Part shown: positions 1 to 12,069 of the stretch, one piece after another
Layout: each line of letters opens with the position of its first letter
Numbering within the stretch: position 1 is the stretch's first letter
Origin: Octopus sinensis
Lineage: Eukaryota
DNA: 64,000 nucleotides
Assembly (NCBI RefSeq): GCF_006345805.1
Contig: NC_043001.1
Coordinates: forward strand, 132,432,001 to 132,496,000
Reading direction: 5' to 3'
Program-made: the position numbers and the translations under genes
The notes under the pieces: model-generated
Told to the model about the DNA's origin: nothing
Databases searched by the model: none
What the model saw: the letters and a program-made list of their open reading frames with translations, nothing else

Positions 1-644
1 GTTAGTAATGTAAAATACATCTCAAGCATTTTTGTAGAAACTTGGAAATATTTGCATTCAAAAACAACACAGTAACACAAACCCTAAGGAATTGATAAAA
101 ATCAATTGAAACAAATGTAAAATAAAACATTATTTGAAATCTATTTGCATTATTTATTTCCATAGTGTAAATATTTCAAAGTATAATTATCGATTCGTTT
201 ATCATTGCTGTATCAAACTAATTCTTTGTGATGGCTTTATCTTGGTGACAACCTACATTGTTAGTTGAACATTTAGGTCAGATCTGGAGAATGATTAGGT
301 GGGAAGGACACATACAGGGACTATGGAAATAGCTATCAAGTAACCAACAGCTTTGCTGTTATAGAACATGGAAAATGGATGCTAAATGACAATGACTAGG
401 AGGAGGAGGGGGAGGGGGGCCAAGGATGAAGATTGGTGACATGATATGAAACAAGGAAGTTTTTCTGCATTTGCTTTCTGAAAACAACTTCTTTGCTGTG
501 CTACAATAATTTATTCTAATCAAATACTGAATCCGTCCAGAAGCAAAAGTTTGACTTCCATGTGGTATGTCATAGTTCTCTGAATCAATTTCAGCATATT
601 ATTGGTACATACTCTAATCAAATATTGCTTCCATTCAATGGTAC

Positions 645-1015
645 AAGGCTAGAACTCGACTCCATCGGCCATGAATGGGTGCACCTAAGAGGTTCCCCTC
701 CAAGGTACAAGTCTGGGCAGAAAGTTGTCTCACCGGCGAATGCACAACTTGGGGTTGTTTTATGGAAGACCAGCAGTCACCCATGCATACCAGCCTCCCC
801 TCTCCATGCCACCAATGTTATCCAAGGGAAAGTCAAAGGCTAATACAGCTTGGCACCAGTGACATCGCAACTCATTTCTACAGCTGCGTGAACTGGAGCA
901 ATGTGAAATAAAGTGTCTTGCTCAAGAACACAACACACAGCCCAGTTCAGGAATCGAACTCACAACCGCACAATCATAAGCTCAATGCTCTAACCAATGA
1001 GCCATGCACCTTCAC
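645..1015 (-). mobile_element. tRNA-headed SINE, family D
   Basis: Reverse strand starts GTGAAGGTGCATGGCTCATTGGTTAGAGC (A box) and GAGTTCGATTCC (B box), then the central block GTGTTCTTGAGCAAGACACTTTATTTCAC shared with 53113-53437. Confidence 0.8.
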
Positions 1016-1612
1016 ACAGGTGCATGTGCAAGGATACCACTATGTAATGTAAAGGTACAAGACTACTGATATGCAATGTAAAGGTATGTAATCAACTAAA
1101 ATGACTTGTACATAAAAGTGGTACTTATTTTATTGATCTCACAAGGGCGAAATGAAAAGTCAAATCCAGTAGGATATTAATTCAGAAATAAAGGAATATA
1201 GCTAAATATTGTTAAGACATTTATTTTCCGACTCTTTTTCTGTGATCTATTTTATCACTTACTCAGAAGAAAATGGAGTAGTCTTGACCCATTCCATGGC
1301 ATCCAAGTCTGTTGAGTGGGTGAGAGGGAGAACGGTATCCACAAACTGGAGATGTGGATTAAATGCTTCCGACAGAATCCTCCACAAAATGTACTCAAGA
1401 ACCAAGTAATTGAGCTAAGCTGAGCAATGAATTAAGTCTATCCCCCACACACATAAAACTACAGTAAGACCTGAACTCAAGAAGCAAAGAGCTGGAACAA
1501 ACACCACAAGTCATTCCATTTGATGTTCCAGCAATTCTGCCAATCCACTGCCCCAGATGTTTTTTCTAACATTCTATCAACTCTATCAGTTCAAATATTA
1601 AACATAACTTAC

Positions 1613-1644
1613 CTGATCTTCAAGTGCACCTTTTTCAGGAAGAT
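1613..1644 (-). CDS. Candidate 32-nt internal exon of an unidentified host gene (xLPEKGALEDQ)
   Basis: gttgtttctaattgcag|ATCTTCCTGAAAAAGGTGCACTTGAAGATCAG|gtaagt: consensus acceptor and donor, open frame. No transcript evidence. Confidence 0.5.
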
Positions 1645-1679
1645 CTGCAATTAGAAACAACTTGTTTTTAAATACCTTT

Positions 1680-1685
1680 ATTATT

Positions 1686-1762
<77 letters not shown>

Positions 1763-1785
1763 TATTATTATTATTATTATTATTC
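1680..1785. repeat. Compound microsatellite (GTC)n-(ATC)n-(ATT)n
   Basis: Seen directly; forms the 3' flank of the minus-strand R4 fragment. Confidence 0.95.
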
Positions 1786-2422
1786 AGTAGTTTATTATAG
1801 GTGCAGGAGTGGCTGTGTGGTAAGTAGCTTGCTAACCAACCACATGGTTCCGGGTTCAGTCCCACTACGTGGCATCTTGGGCAAGTGTCTTCTGCTATAG
1901 CCCCAGGCCGACCAATGCCTTGTGAGTGGATTTGGTAGACGGAAACTGAAAGAAGCCTGTCGCATATATGTATATATATATATATGTATGTGTGTGTTTG
2001 TGTGTCTGTGTTTGTCCCCCTAGCATTGCTTGACAACCGATGCTGGTGTGTTTACGTCCCCGTCACTTAGCGGTTCGGCAAAAGAGACCAATAGAATAAG
2101 TACTGGGCTTACAAAGAATAAGTCCCGGGATCGATTTGCTCGACTAAAGGCGGTGCTCCAGCATGGCCGCAGTCAAATGACTGAAACAAGTAAAAGTGTA
2201 AAGAGAGAGGAGTCTTATTTGTATCACGTTCTTTCACTGCACTGCTGAGTGCAGCTCTGTGTGCTTTTGGTATGTGCTGTGGTTTATTGTTGTGCTCTTG
2301 TTTTCACTGTATTGAAAGTGTTTTACACAGAATGTGTGTAGTGTCTAGTAGTGCTATTTTCTGTATGCTGTATATACTTGTAAGTCCTGGAGGTTTTGTT
2401 ATGTATTTGTTTGAATGTTTTA
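1783..2422 (-). mobile_element. R4/Dong-clade LINE 3' fragment interrupted by SINE A
   Basis: Minus strand of 2211-2422 reads KHSNKYITKPPGLTSIYSIQKIALLDTTHILCKTLSIQ*, matching the end of 27251-28359. The terminus AAACTACTGAATAATAAT lies at about 1776-1793, beyond the SINE. (TAA)n on both sides. Confidence 0.85.
1799..2210 (+). mobile_element. tRNA-headed SINE, family A (full length)
   Basis: A box TGGCTGTGTGGTAAG, B box GGTTCAGTCC, internal (AT)/(GT) tract, tail CAGTCAAATGACTGAAACAAGTAAAAG; about 19 related copies in the window. Confidence 0.9.
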
Positions 2423-2423
2423 A

Positions 2424-2473
<50 letters not shown>

Positions 2474-2474
<1 letters not shown>

Positions 2475-2655
2475 GTATTCGTCCGCTGCTGCGTTCTGAG
2501 TTCAAATTCCGCCGAGGTCGACTTTGCCTTTCAACCTTTCGGGGGCGATAAATTAAGTACCAGTTACGCACTGGGGTCGATGTAATCGACTTAATCTGTT
2601 TGTCTGTCCTTGTTTGTCCCCTCCATGTTCAGCCCCTTGTGGGCAATAAAAAAAA
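2474..2655 (+). mobile_element. SINE family B, 5'-truncated
   Basis: GAGTTCAAATTCC B box, core GTCGACTTTGCCTTTCAACCTTTCGGGG, tail ...GCCCCTTGTGGGCAATAAAA. Confidence 0.85.
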
Positions 2656-2944
2656 TTTTTTTAATTATTATTATCATTTCAAATGCTGCTCAGGTCAATT
2701 TTGTCTTTTATCCTCATAGTATCAATAAAATGAAGTGCCAGTCAAATGTGGTGGGAGGGGTGTTGATGTAATCAACTTGCCCCTCCTACCAAATTACTGC
2801 CAGTAATTTGATGGGAGGGGTAAGTCGATCACATCAACATTTAGATGCTTACACACCTAAATGTTTATAGATGTATATATACATATCAATACACATACAG
2901 GTAGAAAAAGAAAAAAAACAAAGATTTTAGTGAATATTAAATAG

Positions 2945-3123
2945 AAGGCATGGGTGACTATGCGCATGGGTGACTATGTGGTATGAAGCTTGCTTCCCAA
3001 CCACATTGTTCCAGGTTCATTCCCACTGCATAGCACCTTGGGCAAGTGTTTGTACTATAGTCTTGTCCAGCCAAAACCTTGGGAGTAGATTTGGTAGACA
3101 GAAACTGAAAGAAGCCCATCATT

Positions 3124-3158
<35 letters not shown>

Positions 3159-3432
3159 AGGTAGGTATGTAAGTGTGTGTGTATATATATGTATGTAGGT
3201 AGGTATGTAAGTGTGTGTGTGTATGTGTGTTTGTCCCCACTCAACACTTGACAAATGCTGTTGGTTCATTTACAACCCTATAACTTAGTAGTTAGACAAA
3301 AAGAGATAATAGAATAAGTACCAGGCTTAAAAGGAAAAGAAAGTACTGGAGTAGATTCATTTAACTAAAAGATATCTAAGGTAGTGCTTCAGCATGGCCA
3401 CAGTCTAATGACTGAAACAGATTACAGATAAA
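2945..3432 (+). mobile_element. SINE A, older subfamily
   Basis: Diverged A head, GT tract and tail GCATGGCCACAGTCTAATGACTGAAAC. Confidence 0.8.
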
Positions 3433-3790
3433 AGTAAATACTCAAACAAGTAATTTGGAATATAGAGACAGTAACCACAACAGGCAACAACACTAGCAAT
3501 TCTTTTACAGTTCTGAACACCGTGGGATGTTCATTTAGCAGTTCTGTGAAGGCAAACCTTCACTCAGTATGAAATTATCAAACAGAACTTTTGGACCTGT
3601 CACAAATAAAATGTTCCTTTGCCTCAGGACAAGACGAAGAGGTAGCTGAAATGTCTCAATCTCCAGAAAGATAAAAGATAGATGTGGTCCAAATTTCCTC
3701 TTATGTCATGTAGTAAATCAAGCCCTCAAAAAGAAATTATTTCAATTGCAAAAAGAAAGAAAAATAACTACAGCACAATTAGCTGTCTCT

Positions 3791-4020
3791 TTAACCCTTT
3801 AGTGTTCGCATTATTCTGCCAAAACTAATGCTTTTTTTGTCCTCATTGTTTTGAACTAATCATGCATTATCTTGTAGCTATGAGATTTTGATGAGGTAGC
3901 AGTTAATTTTTGAAATGGTATTGTAGGGTTGGTGTGAGAGACCAGATCTGGCCAGTTTTAACCTAAAACAGGCAGAATACTTTTGGCCGGATATGGCCGG
4001 TTTAAATGCTAATGGGTTAA
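3791..4020. mobile_element. piggyBac-type MITE (family G)
   Basis: TTAA-CCCTTTAG...CTAATGGG-TTAA: TTAA duplication and CCC/GGG termini; related copies at 18206, 20330, 33546 and 50330. Confidence 0.8.
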
Positions 4021-4756
4021 AACTGAAAATGCGGCCAAAATATAAACTGAAACCTCCAGATAAAACTCCCAGCACAAGGAATGAAGAAACACAAAAATGA
4101 CAATAAAAGACACTGGATGTAACATAGACTATAGGCTCAGGAAAAGTGGGTACAGGATTTGTGCTTGCACCCTGTAAAATTTGGTGGGGAAGCAGTGAAA
4201 TACTTTGAACATACACCTGAAAAATTAATTCATGGGTTTGCACCTGCTAAGCAAATTTTGTTATCAAACTTATGACAAAGACCAATGGCTAGCAGTGACT
4301 TTAGTGTCACAGTTTGATAAAGTGGTCAAAGTTGGTTTAAAAAAAGATGACCTGTCATGAGGGCTCCATCAAAACAGACTAGTGACTGCTGAATGCCACA
4401 GAGCAATACCAGAGCTGTGCTCAATGGAATGCACCAAGACAAAAGGCCATGCATTTGATGATATAAAGTAGGAAGTTTAGTTGCTGTATTTGTCAAAGCA
4501 AAACACACCTTAAAACTGAATGCACTGAAGATCTAGAAAAACTCGGTAAAAATAAGGAAAATGAAAATAATGAAGAGTAATAGTAATAGCAAAAAGAGCA
4601 ACAAACCCCATTTTCCAAAAACCATTAACCAGAACTCTGGAAATAGCAAAGTAAATGTTTTTTCAGCTCAGTACCACAAATGGCTGAGCAAATACCAAGT
4701 CTTCGAACAATGCCAGTGACTCTCAAATAAAAAAGAAGATAATTTCAAGAAACTGA

Positions 4757-5310
4757 TTTCAAATTTTGGCACAAGGCCAACAAGTTTGAGGAAGCGGGTA
4801 AGTCAATTACATCAATACCAGTGTTCAACTGGTACTTATTTTATCAATCTGAAAGCAAAGTTGACCTCAGTGGAATTTGAACTCAGAATGTAAAGATGGA
4901 CAAAATGCCACTAAACATTTTTGCCAGAATGCAAACGATTCAGCCAGCTCACCACCTTAAACAATTTCAAGAAATTAAGAATAAATTCCACAAATTAATT
5001 CATATGTTTATCTTATAATTAGACAGGTTATATATATTCATTCTTTGCTCTGTTCCTTCGTCACAAGAATTTTCTCTCATATTCTTCAATAATAATCCTT
5101 TCTATTATAGGCACAAGGCCTGGAATTTAGTGGGGAGGGACTAGTTGATTACATCAACCCCAGTGTTTCACTGGTACTTAATTAATCAACCCTGAAAGGA
5201 TGAAAGGCAAAGTCGACCTCAGTGGAATTTGAACTCAGAAAGTGAAGACAGACAAAATACTGATAAGCATTTCACCTGGTGTGCTAACATTTCAGCCAGC
5301 TCACAACCTT
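4757..5310 (-). mobile_element. Two old B-core SINEs with the alternative tail (B')
   Basis: B head/core plus tail AAATTGCTGGCCTTGTGCCAAAATTTGAA on the minus strand at about 4757-4960 and 5108-5310. Confidence 0.75.
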
Positions 5311-5884
5311 ATATTTATCAATAATAATAACACTTGCTAATGCACCTTGTCTTCTCTTACATAGTACACAAAAACATCTCAGCACTTCAAAACAGTTATG
5401 TGACATTTTTGAAAGGAGATAAATACGAAAAGTATATCTTCTAGCACATTCAAATATTTATTTTCCACAATTGATGTGATAGCTGATGGTTGGAGTGTGT
5501 TAACATCAGACAACCTTTTCCTGTTGCAAACTAATCTATTGTGAAGCTGTATTTTTTTGTGTTTTTTTTTTCTTCTTTTTTTTTTTAAGCTATATTTTGT
5601 TTTTTCCAGTAGGAAGTTCACCTTTACATCAGTTATCATCCTAAAGCTTAGAAAAACTGTAAATATTTATCCCAGCGACCATGACATCCAACCACACATG
5701 ACATCCAACCACAACACATGTTATGGAAGTAAATGTGGAATAGCTTGACATTTATGCTGACTATAGTGATCTAGTTCACATAGAGGGATGTACAAATTAA
5801 ATCAAGGTGAAAATTAACTGAATTTGCAACTGCAGCATTTTCATATATTGTTTCTATCGATAAAATATAAGTGTTCACTGTTAC

Positions 5885-5893
5885 CTTGGTTGA
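5885..5893 (-). CDS. Candidate 9-nt micro-exon
   Basis: tgtatatttttcag|TCAACCAAG|gtaaca; frame-preserving and phase-compatible with 1613-1644. Confidence 0.3.
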
Positions 5894-6404
5894 CTGAAAA
5901 ATATACAAATGATAATAGTAAAATTCAACACTCAAAGACAAACAACTGCGTATCATGTTGACAAAAAAGTTGCTTTAGGATGAGATTAACAACATTAACA
6001 TATTTTAGGGAACCAACTAGAGAGCCTTTCACAATTTACACCTACTATCAATTAAGGATAGACAAATTTGAAAATAAATTGACAGGATAGCCATGACTGG
6101 AACAACATTATTGACCATATTCTAGCTTAATCAGGGCTGGCTGGAGGCTAAACAACAACAGCTTATGTTTGAGAGATGTATCCATGAAGAAAAGCTTCCT
6201 GAATTTTGCACTCCTCTCTACCTCTATTAAAATAGTTGTCAATTATTAATTAATAAGGAAAAGCATATAACAATCGTTTAATGAACTATCTGCTATATTT
6301 TCATTGGAAAACCAACCAATATTTTCATTCAAGTAAAAGACCAATTGGTAAGAAATGCAATAAAAAATAAAAATTTTTAGAAGTATAATTCAAGTTGTAC
6401 AGTG

Positions 6405-6464
<60 letters not shown>

Positions 6465-7232
6465 ATGTATTTGTTTTTTTTTATAAAAGATTGTATTGAA
6501 TACACATACAGCTTCAAACAGATAAAATTTCAAAAGATACCAGATTTACTCTCATAAAACATGATATGAATGATCAAAAGAAGTACATATTTTCATGGAA
6601 GGTTACTGTTTGTTAGAACAGAATCAACCAAGCATGTTGTTTTCGTGACTGACAGAAGGAAAATGAATTTGGTTATGAAGTAGTCACTAAGGTGGAAAAA
6701 GCGAAGAGAAAGAGAGATCGGAGAGAGACAGAGAGAGGGAGAGAGAGAGAGAGCATAAGAGATGAAAATAGAGAATAAACATGAAAAAAAAAATAGAGAG
6801 AAAAAACAGCGGGGAGTCTGACAATGACTAAGTTCATACTTATCACACACAATAAACAATGAAATTTAGATGGAAATGTTAACTCAATCTGACAAAACAT
6901 AATACAAATGAACTCAATGATATGATCAAGTAAATAGAAATATATTTTATTAGAGAATTGTTATTTAGACTGAATTTGTTGTCTTTATATTAGAGTTAAA
7001 AACAGTGCTGTTGGTCAGTAAACTGCTAACAAAATTGAAATATATATGTGTATGCATGGTTGAAAATAAAGAAAGGAAATGACACTGAGAAATAAATATG
7101 ATAGTCAGAAATTATTTAAATAACACAATACAAAGGAAAGAATGTTTCAGTGTAAAATGAAATCAATAAATAGCAATAATTGAAAACACTAAATTCTCAA
7201 ACAATACAGTTTAGCAGTGGTAAAATATATAT

Positions 7233-7447
7233 AGGCATAGGAGTGGCTGTGTGGTAAGTAGCTTGCTTACCAACCACATGGTTCCGGATTCAGTCCCACT
7301 GCGTGGAACCTTGGGCAAGTGTCTTCTACTATAGCCTCAGGCCGACCAAAGCCTTGTGAGTGGATTTGGTAGACGGAAACTGAAAGAAGCCTGTCGTATA
7401 TATGTATATATATGTGTGTGTGTGTGTGTGTGCGTGCGTGTGTGTGC

Positions 7448-7499
<52 letters not shown>

Positions 7500-7648
7500 T
7501 TGTGTGTCTGTGTTTGTCTCCCAAACATCGTGGTTCGGCAAAAGAGAGTGATAAAATAAGTCCTGAGGTCGATTTGCTTGACTAAAGACGGTGCTCTAGC
7601 ATGGCCACAGTCATATGACTGAAACAAGTAAAAAAGTAAAAGAGAGTA
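7233..7648 (+). mobile_element. SINE A with internal deletions
   Basis: A head, long (GT)n tract, tail; lacks part of the block after the GT tract. Confidence 0.85.
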
Positions 7649-7912
7649 TGCTTACTAACAACAAGATACAGTTATCGGATATTACATCAATAAGAGTGTA
7701 ATAAGAGTGAATAGAGCACATTTAATGTAAATAGATACTCAGATCAGTTTTTGTGACCACCAAAGGTAAATCACTTGTAATAGGATGCTAGGTCAATACC
7801 ACTGTCCAGTTCTTGAGTACCTTAAGCAGAATTGACATTGCAGCTGTCATTTGCACCATCTCTTGATAACTATTTCCAACTGCTTTGTCTCTTATGTAAT
7901 ACAATTGCACTG

Positions 7913-8125
7913 TACAAAGAGGTACTGGAAAGTTCCTGGCTTTGGGTAAAAATAGAGGATCAGTTAATTACAATTTTATTCAACATATTCTCCTCTCAGA
8001 TTCACACACATATTGCAGTAGTCCTTCAGTTTTCTAAGCCCTGTAAATGAACTCAAAAGGTTAGGTCTCCAACCAAGCCTTTTGCAATACTCTTAAAGCC
8101 AGGAACTTTTCAACACTTCCTTGTA
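7913..8125. mobile_element. mariner-derived MITE
   Basis: TA-flanked TIRs (..GGAAAGTTCCTGGCTTT / AAAGCCAGGAACTTTTC..). Interior resembles a mariner transposase C-terminus (K/RCVxLRGEYVE*-like on the minus strand). Second copy at 23504-23724. Confidence 0.8.
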
Positions 8126-8639
8126 TCTTATGCAATATTAATGTTGAAATAGGGTACAGATGGAAATGGATTTCCAGCAAAAGCCCATCACCAAGCAAGA
8201 ACTGATAGAAGACTATTGTATCTTCTTTTTCCACACTTTGTTGCTGACATCCAAACTGGTATAGAATTTTGAGAGGCCTACTTCTGGTCACTGGTTTCTA
8301 ACTAAACCATTTACATGGATAGAAACGATGTTTACTGGCTACTTCTAAAAACTACATCAGACGTGAGTTTTTATGTATTCAAAAGTGCTTCAGCTATCAG
8401 CATATGCTTTTAAGTTTGTGATCAGCAGTTCAGATTGAATTAGTACATGAAGAAGGAAAGACAACGTTAGTAAAACTAATAGTCAGAAATCTACATCAGC
8501 AAAATTACAGGCAGTAGAATTTACACAATTTCTATAAATAATCTAATAGAAACAACACTAGACATAATTTTCAAGACAGTAAAACATGAGCAAGAAATGC
8601 AGAAAATTTTTAATAAGTGGAGTCACCTAAATTAATTAC

Positions 8640-8658
8640 CATCATTTGGATGTTTTGT
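8640..8658 (-). CDS. Weak candidate 19-nt exon (TKHPND)
   Basis: cctttatgtag|ACAAAACATCCAAATGATG|gtaatt; chosen partly because it bridges phases, so weak. Confidence 0.2.
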
Positions 8659-9379
8659 CTACATAAAGGCTTGGCACAGATGGTTAGAGAAGGTCATAAG
8701 TCAATAGATAGCTAGTAATAACAGATCCACTAAAATACCTACAATTCTTCAAAGCTAAATCAAAGAGCCTCACAAGAAACATATGCTATCTAGATAATAC
8801 AAGGCTGATTTGGTGATGTGTTTTGAAGCCAGCTATTAAATGAACCATATATTAGTACTATTAATTCAACTACTATAAAATAATTCTATCATTTTATGGT
8901 ATTGAAGATAAACACTACTCTTACTTTATTCAAATAAGAGATGTCTTGTTTGATTTATACTTTTGAAATTTTATTAATTATAAAATTTCAAGTCAATAGT
9001 TATTACAGAAGTACTTTTTCAAATTAAAAAAAAAAGAACTTTCTCCCCAAATGTCCCATTTTTAGGTAAAGTTTAATCTTAAAAGACAATCATTTCACTA
9101 AAATTTTGAATCAGTGGCAGCCTTTTGGACAGTACTCTTCAATTTATGAGATATATGAGAGCAACTGTAATTTTTATTGTACATATGACATATCACATTT
9201 ATGTACTGTGTTTCTAAACTTGAGTTGCAGGTGCTGGCAATAAAGTACAGACAGCAATTGTTGATAATATATGTCAAATCAGTATCTTCTTTAAACCAAC
9301 CTTTACATAAGCATTCATTTTTGTTTTGCTTTGTTTTTTATTAACTAACTGTTGGTAATTTATCCTTTAGCTTTTTTTT

Positions 9380-10096
9380 TTATCTTTTACTTGTTTCAGT
9401 CATTAGACTGGGACACCCCTCTCTCTAACCGCTCAGTCGAAGTCGACTCTCGGTCACTCGTTGGATCAGTGTCCTCCAGTTAGTTCGATCCTGGGCCGCT
9501 TTCTTCAGACTGGCCATGTCCATTCCTGTATCACTCCTGATGGTGTCAAGCCAGCGGGTTCTTGGTCGGCCTCTTCCTCTCTTGCCACTGACCTTTCCGA
9601 GCATGATGTCCTTCTCCAGGGATTCTCTCCGCATAATTTGACAGAAATATGCCAATCTACGCTTGGTGTTCCCAGCTTCTAGCGACATTTTCGGCCTTAT
9701 CTGCTTAAGAACTTCTCCATTGGTGAGCCTTGCTGTCCATGGAATCCGCAAAAGTCTTCTCCAACACCACCTTGAAGAATTTTTTGTTGACTGAACTGAC
9801 CCTAGTACTTATTTTTGTTAAGCTTGGGACTTATTCTATCCATCTCTTTTTGCTAAACCACTAAGCTACAGGTGTGTGAACACACCAACACCAGTTGTCA
9901 AGCAGTGCTGAAGCACAAACAAACACACACACATATATACACGATGGGTTTCCATCTACCAAATCCCCTCACAAGGCTTTGGTCAGCCCAAGGCCAAAGT
10001 AGAAGACACATGCCCAAGGTGTCATGTAATGAGACTGAACCCAGAACCATGTGGTTGGGAAGTAAGCTTCTTACCACACAGCCATGCCTGTGCCTA
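9380..10096 (-). mobile_element. SINE A (old subfamily) interrupted by an RTE fragment
   Basis: Head at about 10096; tail TCTTTTACTTGTTTCAGTCATTAGACTG at 9383-9410. Confidence 0.8.
9411..9770 (-). mobile_element. RTE (BovB-like) LINE 3' fragment
   Basis: ORF 9425-9751 RIPWTAR...LEKDIMLGKVSGKRGRGRPRTRWLD is the typical RTE ORF C-terminus. Confidence 0.9.
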
Positions 10097-10461
10097 GTCT
10101 AACTTACTTCATATTTCTTTACAATAACTGAAGTAATGTCAAAGCCAATCTATTATATTCCTCACAATCCATGCCATATTTTTAGTCTAAATTTTTAATA
10201 AGAAATGTTTGCAATGGGATTGATCTCAGCAAAATACGGTTATTTCCTTTATTGACTTGAAGGAATGAAATGTAGAATCACACCAAGCAAACTGGAATAA
10301 AATAAGACAAAGCTAAAATGTTTGTAAGACATTCTCTAAGCATTCTTCAATTTATGCCAAATCACTTCCCAACAACAGTTGATAATATCGATTTCTTAAG
10401 TAAGCATGAGACGAAAATTTGTACACAGGAGGATCATATTTGATGTAATCGTGATGTTTAC

Positions 10462-10471
10462 CTTATCACTC
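10462..10471 (-). CDS. Candidate 10-nt micro-exon
   Basis: Long pyrimidine tract ttttcttttttttctcgttttgttttaag|GAGTGATAAG|gtaaac. Confidence 0.35.
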
Positions 10472-11615
10472 CTTAAAACAAAACGAGAAAAAAAAGAAAA
10501 CTAATTTACATTAGGAATATAAAGAGAATGTGACCAAATACAATTATGCATTTCGTCTGTCCATCTAGTATCTCAGTCACTGCCCCACAGTCTTACAGCT
10601 GTTGATGAGGCTGATTAAATAACAAATACCCCATTCCATAAAAATCCTATTTCTGAATTCTGTTTTTGCTTTTCTTTTTTTATATATTTACTGCAGACTG
10701 AGCTACATATTTGGCTGTTTTAAAAACCAACAGCTTATCAAAAGATTATCTGCATTTACTGAATCATACACAAGTAAATCAAGTTGAAGCGGAGTCTGAT
10801 TTTCTCATCAAAGATCATCAACAACAATAAGATAATGAAAACCAAACTGCAGTAAAGCAATTTTTCTTTATAGCCTGATGATGGATTTTCATCAGCAGCA
10901 TATCAGAGCACAGATCAACAAAAGGGATGCTTCACAACATATTAACCCTTTAATCCAAACACAACTTTAAAAAAAAAAAAAAGCAAAACAAAGAGGGTAG
11001 AGACACTTGATTCATTGATATTTTCTGATGAGGAAAATCTGAATAATAATTCATTGATTAAAATCAACATCTAAAATATTCTGGATTATTTATATCAACT
11101 AGACTGATTCTGCCTCTAAATCAGAATTTCTAAGCATCTATTCTAAAAGTATTAAAAAGTATTAATTTATCTTCATTGACTTTTATGTTTTAACAATGAC
11201 AGGGAACACTCAGTAAACTAGGATTTTGCAGAGTATTTAGATCCATTCCTTTGCATTCTGAGTTTAAATCCTACCAAGGTGAACTTTGTCTTTAATCTTT
11301 CTAGAATAGATAATATAAATACCAGTCTTATAAATGGGAGTCAATTCAGCTGATTATGCCACTCCCTTAAAATATGCGACAATAACTCCAAAGCCATACA
11401 TTGTCAAGTAGACTGACAGAATCGGCAGAGTACCCAAATAAAGGCCTTGTAGAATTTAGTTATGTTCCTCTGTGCTTTAAGTTCAAATCTCACTAACCAT
11501 AAATTTTGTGTTTTAATCTTTCATGATAAATAGTACCACTTAATTAATGGGATTGGTCTAACTGACTATACCTTTCCACACATTTGTGATTCTATGAGAG
11601 ATTATTATTATTATT

Positions 11616-12069
11616 CTATGCTTGATTCTTGCTTTGTATTTGTACAAGTTGGCTCCAAGTCTCACCCAAAAACCTCAAGAGACAACAAGTTGGAAGTTCA
11701 TGCTGGTGTTATGCCTAGGGTGTCATATATTTGGTTTTGTACAGGTGGGGCCCAATTAGAATTTTATTTAGATCAAATAACTCACATCACTCAAAAGCTC
11801 CCAGAATAAGGGTTATTCAAGCCCCAAAGAATCCGTCTCAACACATGGGTGTGATCTGCCCCCTCCCCCACTACTCCTGTTCATGATCAGAGAGGCACAT
11901 ATCATCAGTCCCTAAAGACATGCTAAACTGACAAGCAGATGTGTGGTATTGAGCAGAATGTTTGCTGTAGCTCATTTTTTTACACTAAGACAAAATATAT
12001 GCATGTTAACACTTCCAATCAATTATGATTAGAAACCATGAGAGCCACTGCCTGGTATTGCATCAGGTC
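11616..12069 (-). mobile_element. Family F variant with a different 3' tail
   Basis: 11741-12069 matches the 5' part of F (with an internal deletion). 11616-11740 is an unrelated tail ending ...CATAGAATAATAAT. Confidence 0.75.

Noticed and set aside
8130-8365. Exon-like segment ending in cagac|gtgagt
   Set aside because: All three plus-strand frames contain stops, and the minus-strand ORF lacks a donor.
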